Source: Mytilus californianus (Eukaryota). Taken from it: a stretch of 64,000 nt of DNA. Position 1 is the first letter of the stretch; every line of letters starts with the position of its first letter. This document shows, piece by piece, positions 1 to 11,100 of this stretch. Both the position numbers and the translations under genes were made by a program. The notes beneath the pieces were generated by a model. That model searched no databases. It worked only from the letters and a program-made list of their open reading frames with translations, and was not told the origin of the DNA. The stretch covers positions 9,672,001-9,736,000 of the forward strand of contig NW_026262734.1 in the NCBI RefSeq assembly GCF_021869535.1, given 5' to 3'.

Positions 1-219
1 TGATCATTGCTAAATTTTGATATTATAATTGTGGTCAAACTTGGTTTTGATTAGCTAAATGGTTTCATGGTAATAATTGAAAAAACATTGCAGGACAACA
101 ATGAAAAAAACACCGTGCAGAGGTAAGCGATGGCAATAGTTATCAATTGCCCTTTGTTCAAGTAGAGTATAAAAGGATGTTTTAAATTTAGCCCCATACA
201 AAAACAACATACAATAAAA

Positions 220-810
220 ATTTTGGTTCAAGAAAAATATTGTTGGTACATCAAAGAAATTTCGGTTCAATCAAAATATTGTTTGGTACGACAAAGAAAT
301 TTCGGTTCAATCAAAATATTGTTTGGTACGACAAAGAAATTTCGGTTCAATCAAAATATTGTTTGGTACAACAAAGAAATTTTGGTTCAATCAAAATATT
401 GTTTGGTACGACAAAGAAATTTCGGTTCAATCAAAATATTGTTTGGTATGACAGAGAAATTTGATTCAAGCAAAATATTGTTTTGTATGACAGAGAAATT
501 TGGTTCAAGCAAAATATTGTTTGGTATGACAGAGAAATTTGGTTCAAGCTAAATATTGTTTGGTATGACAAAGAAATTCAGGTTCAAGCTTAATATTGTA
601 TGGTACAACAAGTGGTATTGGTTCAAGCTAAATATTGTTTGGTATGACAAAGAAATTCAGGTTCAAGCTAAATATTGTTTGGTACAACAAGTGGTATTGG
701 TTCAAGCATTATTTGTTTTATACAACAGAGGAATTTTGTTTCAAGCAAAATATTGGTTGCTACAACAAAGTGTTTTAGGTTCAAGCAAAATATCATTTGA
801 TATAAACAAA
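220..810. repeat. 40-bp minisatellite, ~14 units
   Basis: Unit CAAAGAAATTTCGGTTCAATCAAAATATTGTTTGGTACGA recurs at 40-bp steps from ~252. It is nearly perfect to ~430 and degenerates toward 810. Confidence 0.9.
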
Positions 811-839
811 GTTTTTGATTCTAATATAAAAGCCCTATG

Positions 840-3800
840 TTATACATCTGACTTCTGACTTTTATATTCAGGGTGACAGTCTAAATATTTTTTCAGTTTT
901 GTTGGAAAGTCTGTCATCACACCATCAGCTCCCAGTCTGAAGGCCCTAGTATATTCCTCCTCATCATTTAAAACCCACAAGTATGTCTGTAAAATAAATC
1001 AAATTCATTGGTTTAAAATGTAAGCATTATAGTAAATACTAGTCAGTATTCCAGTCATATGACACCGATTATGGCATTAAAAACTGGAAAGGAAGATTAT
1101 TTACAGACAGAAGACGCTGATTTCTTATTGTTTCACAGGAAATATTATATTTTTCCTTAAAAAAAACTCCAATATACCAATAAAGCGCTTTAAATGCACA
1201 AAATGTATGAGGTGTTATTTCCATCTTCCCCATCCCATTCTTTGCACAATCAGAGTTTAGCAACAGTAATGAATACATGGTCTTACATAAAAATTACTTT
1301 TTTTCTCTCTCCATCAAATGAAAAACTTAGAAGAGGAAAATATATAATATGCCTGCATGTATAGTATGATGAGAGATCTTAATGATAATGACTCAATGGC
1401 AGAATATGGTTTAAAGGACATATTACTTAGGTCAAGTACTGTTTTGAGTTTAATCCATTCTCTCATGATTTTTATCTTGATTTGTATGTTTGAAGTGGAT
1501 TTGCAAGTTTGGAACATCAGTCTACAATGGTATAGTGTGTTGCCATTTACATAGGCGGCCATAACATATATACTAGTAAGCTATGTCAGTGATACAGGAT
1601 TGTTGCTGTGTAGAAGGTACAGTTCAAAAAGCATTTATACCTCTGCATGGTTATTTTCACCAGGTCCTAAAACAGGTTGAGTCTGTCTCTGTCATTAAAA
1701 ACCTTCACTAATTTCCTCTGTTTTTTTAGCTCACCTGACTTGAAAGGTCAAGTGAGCTTTTCTCATCACTTTGCGTCCGTCGTCCGTCGTCCTGCGTCCG
1801 TCGTCCGTAAACTTTTACAAAAATCTTCTCCTCTGAAACTACTGGATCAAATTTAACCAAACTTGGTCACAATCATCATTGGGGTATCTAATTTAAAAAA
1901 TGTGTCCGGTGATCCAGTCAACCAACCAAGATGGCCGCCATGGCTAAAAATAGAACATAGGGGTAAAATGTAGATTTTGGCTTATATCTCTGAAACCAAA
2001 GCATTTAGAGCAAATCTGACATGGGGTAAAATTGTTTATCAGGTCAAGATCTATCTGCCCTGAAATTTTCAGATGAATCGAACAACCCGTTGCTGTCCCT
2101 GAATTTGTAATTTTAAGGAAATTTTGCCGTTTTTGGTTATTATCTTGAATATTATTATAGATAGAGATAAACTGTAAACAGCAATAATGTTCAGCAAAGT
2201 AAGATCTACAAATAAGTCAACTTGACCAAAATGGTCAGTTGACCCCTTAAGGAGTTATTGCCCTTTATAGTCAATTTTTAACCATTTTTTGTAAATTTTT
2301 GTAATCTTTTACAAAAATCTTCTCCTCTGAAACTACTTGGCCAAATTTAACCAAACTTGGCCACAATCATCATTGGGGTATCTAGTTTAAACAAGAGTGC
2401 ACACGCTGAAATGTCTCGCCTTCTTTACTAATCATTGATATTATGTTGATAGTCCTAAATATAAAGCTTTATTACAACTGTCACATAAACTTAACATTAA
2501 CCAAGTAAACTAAACATTGACCAATGAACCATGAAAATGAGGTCAAGGTCAGATGAACCATGCTAGGCAGGCATGTACAGCTACCAATTCTTCCATACAA
2601 CAAATATAATTGACCTATTGCTTATAGTTTAAGAAAAACAGACTGAAACACAAAAACTTAACACTGAGCAATGAACCTTGAAAATGAGGTCAAGGTCAAA
2701 TAAAACCTGTGTGACTGCCAAATAGATCATAAAATATTTCCATACACCAAATATAGTTGAACTATTGCATATAGTATTAGAACTAGAGGCTCTAAAGAGC
2801 CTGTGTCGCTCACCTTGGTCTATGTGAATATTAAACAAAGGACGCAGATGGATTCATGACAAAATTGTGTTTTGGTGATGGTGACGTGTTTGTACATCTT
2901 AATTTACTGAACATTTTTCCTGCTTACAATTATCTCTATCTATAATTAACTTGGCCCAGTAGTTTCAGAGGAGAAGATTTTTGTAAAAGATTACTAAGAT
3001 TTACGAAAAAATGGTTAAAAATTGACTATAAAGGGCAATAACTCCTAAAAGGGTCAACTGACAATTTCGGTCATGTTGACTTATTTGTAGATCTTACTTT
3101 GCCGACATTTATTGTTTTTTACAGTTTATCTCTATCTATAATAATATTCAAGATAATAACCAATAAAATGCTCCGCAGGGCGCAGCTTGATACGACCGCA
3201 GAGGTCGAACCCTGAACAGTTGGGGCAAGTATGGACACAACATTCAAGCTTGATACAGCTCTGAATTTGGATTGTGATTAAATATTTGACACAGCATAGG
3301 TTTCTGACACAGAATGAATGTGGTCTAAGAACTTAAAAATTTTAAATTGGACATTCACCTATTATGGTCCAATATCCAAAATCTAAATACATGGTTAGAT
3401 TCAGCATATCAAAGAACCCCAAGAATTCAATTTTTGATGAAATCAAACAAAGTTTAATTTTGGACCCTTTTGATCTCAATGTGGACAAAGTTGATAACGG
3501 GGCCCAAAAATCAAAAATCTAAATACATGGTTAGATTCAGCATATCAAAGAACCCCATATATTCAATTTTTGTTGAAATCAAACAAAGTTTAATTTTGGA
3601 CACCGATTTGGACCAACTTGAAAACTGGGCCCATAATCAAAAATCTAAACACATGTTTAGATTCAGCATATCAAAGAACCCTAAATATTCAATTTTTGTT
3701 AAAATCAAACTAACTTTAATTTTGGACCCTTTGGACCTTTATGTAGACCAATTTGAAAACGGAACCAAAAATTAAGAATCTAAATACATGGTTAGATTCG

Positions 3801-5082
3801 GCATATCACAGAACCCCAATAATTCAATTTTTGATGAAATCAAACAAAGTTAAATTTTGGACCCTTTGGACCTCAATGTGGACCAATTTAAAAACAGGGC
3901 CCAAAATCCAAAAACTTAATACATGGTTAGATTCAGCATATTAAAGAACCCCAAGAATTCAAGAATAAAACCCCATTGAAATTGATCAAGAAATAAGCAA
4001 TTTATACAAAGTATATTCTTTTGCACAATACTGTGCAATTGAATATTTCTTGCTATTGCGCAATACTGTACAATTGACAATTTCTTGCTATTGCGCAATA
4101 TTGTGCTATTGGATATTTCTTGCTATTGCGCAATACTGTGCAATTGAAGATTTCTTGCTATTGCGCAATACTGTGCAATTGAAGATTTCTTGCTATTGTG
4201 CAATACTGTGCAATTGAAAATTTCTTGCTATTGCACAATACTTATTGTATAATAATTTACACATCCTGTTTGGTGTGTATTTCCTACCATATCATTATTA
4301 TTTGCTTTTAAATATAAATCAGAAATAACCAACTTAAAATGGAAAATTTTAAAAGAAAAAAAAAAGGAAAAAAAGAAAAAAAAAAGGAAAAAAAGAAAAA
4401 AAAAGAAACCCCCCCCCCCCCAAATTTTTTGAACCCCCTTATGATTCATCACCCCAAACTCAATCCCAGCCTTCCCTTTGTGGTATGGTATCTTGCAGTA
4501 CAATTTCAGAGAGATCCATACAATTGAACACAAGTTATTGTCTGGAAACTAGAAAAATGCTTATTTTTGGCCCCTTTTTGGCCCCCAATTCCTAAACGTT
4601 TCGGGCAATTACCCCCAAACTCAATTCCAGCTTTCCCTTTGTGATATGGAACCTTGTAGTACAATTTAAGAAATATCCAAACACTTACACACAAGTAATT
4701 GTCATGAAACTAGAAAAATGCTTGTTTTTTGCCCCTTTTTTGGCCCCTAATTCCTAAAATTTTGAGGCAAATACCCCCAAAATCAATTACAGCCTTCCCT
4801 ATGTGATATGGAACCTTGTGGTTCAATGTCAGAGAGATCCATACACTTACACACAACTTATTGTCTGGAAGTTACAAAAATGCTTATTTTTGGCCCCTTT
4901 TTGGCCCCTAATTCCTTAACTGTTGGTACCATAACCCCCAAAATCAATCCCAACCTTCCTTTCGTGGTATTGAACCTTATGGTAAAATTTCATGGAGATC
5001 CATTAACTTAAACTAAAGTTAGAGTGCGAAAACCAATGTGTCTTCGGACGACGCCAGACGACGCCGGACGACGACGACGCCG

Positions 5083-5123
<41 letters not shown>

Positions 5124-8100
5124 CAACGTCATACCAATATACGACCAAAAAATTTTTAATTTTTGCGGTCGTATAAAAACAGCAAAATTTCCTTAAAATT
5201 ACCAATTCAGGGGCAGCAACCCAATAACGGGTTGTCCGATTCATCTGAAAATTTCAGGGCAGATAGATCTTGACCTGATAAACAATTTTACTTCATGTCA
5301 GATTTGCTTTAAATGCTTTGGTTTTTGAGTTAAAAGCCAAAAACTGAATTTTACCCCTATGTTCTATTTTTAGCCGTGGCGGCCATCTTGGTTGGTTGAC
5401 CAGGTCACGCCACACATTTTGAAAACTAGATAACCAAATGATGATTGTGGCCAAGTTTGGTTTAATTTGGCCACGGATTTTCAGAGGAGAAGATTTTTGT
5501 AAAAGATTACTAAGATTTACGAAAAATTGTTAAAAATTGACTATAAAGGGCAATAACTCCTAAAGGGGTCAACTGACCATTTCAGTCATGTTGACTTATT
5601 TGTTAATCTTACTTTGCTGAACATTATTGCTGTTTACAGTTTATCTCTATCTATAATAATATTCAAGATAATAACCAAAAACAGCAAAATTTTCTTAAAA
5701 TTACCAATTCAGGGGCAGCAACCCAACAACAGGTTGTTCGATTCATCTGAAAATTTCAGGGCAGATAGATCTTGACCTGATAAACAATTTTACTTCATGT
5801 CAGATTTGCTCTAAATGCTTTGGTTTTTGAGTTATAAGCCAAAAACTGCATTTTACCCCTATGTTTTATTTTTAGCTGTGGCGGCCATCTTGGTTGGTTG
5901 GCCGGGTCATGCCACACATTATTTAAACTAGATACCCCAATGATGATTGTGGCCAAGTTTGGTTTAATTTGGCCCAGTTTTTTCAGAGGAGAAGATTTTT
6001 GTAAAAGATTACTAAGATTTACGAAAAATGGTTAAAAATTGACTATAAAGGGCAATTACTCCTAAAGGGGTCAACTGACCATTTCGGTTATATTGACTTA
6101 TTTGTAAATCTTACTTTGCTGAACATTATTGCTGTTTACAGTTTATCTCTATCTATAATAATATTCAAGATAATAACCAAAAACAGCAAAATTTCCTTAA
6201 AATTACCAATTCAGGGGCAGCAACACAATAACGGGTTGTCCGATTCATCTGAAAATTTCAGGGCAGATAGATCTTGACCTGATGAACAATTTTACCCCAT
6301 GTCAGATTTGCTCTTAATGCTTTGGTTTTTGAGTTATAAGCTAAAAACTGCATTTTACCCCTATGTTTTATTTTTAGCCGTGGCGGCCATCTTGGTTGGT
6401 TGACCGGGTCACGCCACACATTTTTAAAACTAGATACCCCAATGATGATTGTGGCCAAGTTTGGTTAAATTTGGCCCAGTAGTTTCAGAGGAGAAGATTT
6501 TTGTAAAAGTTTACGGACGACGGACGACGGACGACGGACGACGGACGACGGACGCAAAGTGATGAGAAAAGCTCACTTGACCTTTCAGGTCAGGTGAGCT
6601 AAAAAAGGACCAAAACTCAAAAAACTTAACTTTGACCACTGAACCATGAAAATGAGGTCAAGGTCAGATGACACCTGCCCGCTAGACATGTACACCTTAC
6701 AATCATTCCATACACCAAATATAGTAGACCTATGGCATACAGTATAAGAAAAACAAACCAAAACACAAAAACTTAACTATAACCACTGAACCATGAAAAT
6801 GAGGTCAAGGTCAGATGACACCTGCCAGTTGGACATGTACACCTTACAGTCCTTCCATACACCGAATATACTAGACCTATTGCTTATAGTATCTGAGATA
6901 TGGACTTGACCACCAAAACTTAACCTTGTTCACTGATCCATGAAATGAGGTCGAGGTCAAGTGAAAACTGTCTGACGGGCATGAGGACCTTGCAAGGTAC
7001 GCACATACCAAATATAGTTGAACTATTGCATATAGTACTAGAAAAAAAGACCAAAACTCAAAAACTTAACTTTGACCACTGAACCATGAAAATGAGGTCA
7101 AGGTCAGATGACACCTGCCCGCTAGACATGTACACCTTACAATCATTCCATACACCAAATATAGTAGACCTATGGCATACAGTATAAGAAAAACAGACCA
7201 AAACACAAAAACTTAACTATAACCACTGAACCATGAAAATGAGGTCAAGGTCGGATGACACCTGCCAGTTGGACATGTACACCTTACAGTCCTTCCATAC
7301 ACCGAATATACTAGACCTATTGCTTATAGTATCTGAGATATGGACTTGACCACCAAAACTTAACCTTGTTCACTGATCCATGAAATGAGGTCGAGGTCAA
7401 GAGAAAACTGTCTGACGGGCATGAGGACCTTGCAAGGTACGCACATACCAAATATAGTTATCCTATTACTTATAATAAGAGAGAATCTAACATTACACCA
7501 AATATAGTTATCCTATTACTTATAATAAGAGAGAATCTAACATTACAAAAAATCTTAACTTTTTTTTCAAGTAGTCACTGAACCATGAAAATGAGGTCAA
7601 GGACATTGGACATGTGACTGACGGAAACTTCGTAACATGAGGCATCCATATACAAAGTATGAAGCATCCAGACCTTCCACCTTCTAAAATATAAAGCTTT
7701 TAAGAAGTTAGCTAACGCCGCCGCCGCCGTAGCCGCCGCCGGATCACTATCCCTATGTCGAGCTTTCTGCGACAAAAGTCGCAGGCTCGACAAAAATGTG
7801 TCCGGTGACCCGGCCAACCAACCAAGATGGCCGCCATGGCTAAAAATAGAACATAGGGGTAAAATGTAGATTTTGGCTTATATCTCTGAAACCAAAGCAT
7901 TTAGAGCAAATCTGACGAGGATAAAATTGTTCATGAGGTCAAGATCTATCTGCCCTGAAAATTTCAGATGAATCGGACAACCTGTTGTTGGGTTGCTGTC
8001 CCTGAATTGGTAATTTTAAGGAAATTTTGCCGTTTTTGGTTATTATCTTGAATATTATTATAGATAGAGATAAACTGTAAACAGCAATAATGTTCAGCAA

Positions 8101-11100
8101 AGTAAGATCTACAAATAAGTCAACTTGACCAAAATGGTCAGTTGACCCCTTAAGGAGTTATTGCCCTTTATAGTCAACTTTTAACCATTTTTCGTAAATT
8201 TTTGTAATCTTTTACAAAAATCTTCTCCTCTGAAACTACGAAGACAAATTTAACCAAACTTGTCCACAATCATTATTGGGGTATCTAGTTTAAAAATTGT
8301 GTCCCATGACCCTGCCCGCAAACCAAGATGGCCGACATGGCTAAAAAATAGTACATAGGGTAAAATGCAGTTTTTGGCTCATATCTCTGAAACCAAAGCA
8401 TTTAGAGCAAATCTGACGAGGAAAAAATTGTTCATTAGGTCAAAATCTATCTGCCCTGAAATTTTCAGACCCCAATCAGGCAACACGTTGTTGGGTTTGC
8501 TGCCCCTGAATTGGTCATTTTAAGAAAATTTTGCAGCTTTTAGTTATTATCTTGAATATTATTATAGATAGAGATAAACTGTAAACCGCAATAATGTACA
8601 GCAAAGTAAGATCTACAAATAAGTCAACATGATCAAAATTGTCAATTGTCCCCTTAAGGAGTTATTGCCCTTTATAGTCAATTTTTTACAATTTTCATAA
8701 AATTTGTAAATTTTTGAAAATTTTTACATAATATTTTCCACTGTAACTACTGGGCCAAGTTCATTATAGATAGAGATAATAGTAAGGAGCAAGAATGTTC
8801 AGTGAAGTAAGATCTACAAACACATCACCATCACCGAAACACAATTTTGTCATGAATCCATCTGTGTCCTTTGTTTGATATGCACATAGACCAAGGTGAG
8901 CGACACAGGCTCTTTAGAGCCTCTAGTTTCATCTTTGCATGTTGTCTTCAGTAGGATCAATAGTCAGGTGACATGATTTTAGATAGGGACTTCTTTAAGT
9001 TACAATGTATTGGATTTCTCTAATGATTAATCTTTACTGACTAGTGTTACATTCAAGATAAATAGTTGTGTTTAACTACTTCCCTAATTAATGGTTTTTT
9101 CTCTTAAGGTTTATTCAATGTTGTCTTACAAGCACAGGTTCCCCCTGTATTTACTTGGACTAGCTGGTGACACCATAAAGATATGGTTTATGTACTTTTC
9201 TGATGAAGGCAATGACATGAGAGAACACTATTGTTTCAAAACCTGATATTATTATACTAACCTGCATTCCTCTTCTTCTTAAATAGTTAAATAATACTGG
9301 ACTCATTAATAACCTGTAATGAATTAATATAAATCATCACTGCAATAAAAAAGCCTGAATTTAAACATGAAATCATTTAATATTTGTGAAGTAAAAAATA
9401 TCAAAATAGACTGTCTATGGCGATTTTTTAAATATGGTCTGCAAAGTTGTCTATTCCATTTGTATTTTTGAAAAATAAAATGTTTTTAACTGAATAACAC
9501 GTCTTTTAAAACTATACCTGTGCCTGTCCCATGTCAGGAAACTTGTTAGTGCTTTTCTTTAGTCATTTCTTATTTGTTTTTGGTTTTTTATTTATGAATT
9601 TTGGTTTTGGTCTTGTTTATAATTATTCACAACTTGCCTAAGACTTTATAGAGCTTGAAATATGGTGTAGACACTACTAGAGGTGTCTTGGACTTGAAGT
9701 GAGTAAACTAATAACCTGTAACAAATTGATATGAATTGTCTGTGTGTTTGAAATTACTAAATTCTAACAGACATACCATTTCCCAAAGACAATACTTGAT
9801 TAATGGAACTTACACATCAGCTGTCCGTAAAAGACATCTCATAGCTCTACTGAATTTAAGAGGAATTTTCCTGTCACTGAAAATATAAAATGATAATTAT
9901 TTAATCCATATACTGGTATTTCATTGTGCCTGTCAAAAACTAGAAACCAGTTTTTATACGAACGCAAAAAAATTTTTGTGGTCGTATATTGTTATGACGT
10001 TGGCGTCGTCGTTATTCGGCGTCGTCCGAAGACACATTGGTTTTCGCACTCTAACTTTAGTTTAAGTGAATGGATCTCTATGAAATTTTACCACAAGGTT
10101 CAATACCACAATAGGAAGGTTGGGATTGATTTTGGGGGTTATGGTACCAACAGTAAAGGAATTAGGGGCCAAAAAGGGGCCAAAAATAAGCATTTTTGTA
10201 ACTTCCAGACATAACTTGTGTGTTAGTGTATGGATCTCTCTGACATTGTACCACAAAGTTCCATATCACAAAAGGAATGCTGGGATTGATTTTGGGGGTA
10301 ATTGACCCAAAATTTTAGGAATTAGGAGCCAAAAAAGGGGCAAAAAACAAACATTTTTCTAGTTTCATGACAATAACTTGTGTTTAAGTGTATGGATCTT
10401 TCTCAAATTGTACTACAAGGTTCCATATCACAAAGGGAAAGCTGGAATTGAGTTTGGGGGTAATTGCCGAAACGTTTAGGAATTGGGGGCCAAAAAGGGG
10501 CCAAAAATAAGCATTTTTCTAGTTTCCAGACAATAACTTGTGTTTAAGTGTATGGATCTCTCTGAAATTATACTGCAAGGTACCATACCACAAAGGGAAG
10601 GCTGGGATTGAGTTTGGGGGTGATGAATCATAAGGGGGTTCAAAAAATTTGGGGGGGGGGGTGATTTTTTCTCTTTTTTTCCTTTTTTTTTTTTTTTAAA
10701 TTTTCCATTTTAAGTTGGTTATTTCTGATTTATATTTAAAAGCAAATAATAATGATATGGTAGGAGATACACACCAAATAGGATGTGTAAATTATTATAT
10801 AATAAGTATTGTGCAATAGCAAGAAATTTTCAATTGCACAGTATTTCACAATAGCAAGAAATCTTCAATTGCACAGTATTGCGCAATAGCAAGAAATCTT
10901 CAATTGCACAGTATTGCCCAATAGCAAGAAATATCCAATAGCACAATATTGCGCAATAGCAAGAAATTGTCAATTGTACAGTATTGCGCAATAGCAAGAA
11001 ATATTTAATTGCACAGTATTGTGCAAAAGAAGATACTTCGTATAAATTGCTTATTTCTTGACCAATTTCAATGGGGTTTTATTCTTGAATTCTTGGGGTT

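Larger units (their letters stand above)
2781..6603 (-). mobile_element. HINE-like element, family F1 (inner copy, inverted, interrupted at 3163-5177)
   Basis: Both termini are reverse complements of the outer F1 termini (AACTAGAGGCTCTAAAGAGCCTGTGTCGCTCACC ... CAGGTGAGCTAAAA). It splits an A-run in the F2 motif TATAGTA(C/T)TAGAAAAAA(A/G)GACCAAAACTC, seen intact near 7030. Confidence 0.7.
2391..7793 (-). mobile_element. HINE-like element, family F2 (nested in F1, interrupted at 2781-6603)
   Basis: It splits the F1 host sequence GGGGTATCTAGTTTAAA|AAAATGTGTCCGGTGACC. The minus-strand 5' end is the hairpin GTCGAGCCTGCGACTTTTGTCGCAGAAAGCTCGAC plus a (GGC)n microsatellite. Internal repeats contain AACCATGAAAATGAGGTCAAGGTCAGATGA. 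Confidence 0.65.
1724..8929 (+). mobile_element. Helentron/HINE-like non-autonomous element, family F1 (outer copy, interrupted by nested insertions at 2391-7793)
   Basis: 5' end TTTTAGCTCACCTG...GGTCAAGTGAGC followed by a (CGTC)n-type microsatellite. 3' end GGTGAGCGACAC-AGGCTCTTTAGAGCCT-CTAGTTT (subterminal inverted repeat plus hairpin). Inserted in a T-run with no other TSD; internal tandem units. The family assignment rests on structure only. Confidence 0.7.

Noticed and set aside
223-858. ORFs of 74-109 aa at the window start
   Set aside because: They are translations of the 40-bp minisatellite; the peptides are periodic with no domain.
4046-4240. CRISPR-like look of the palindromic 35-bp array
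   Set aside because: Units are head-to-tail with no unique spacers, there are no cas genes, and the context is a eukaryotic intron.
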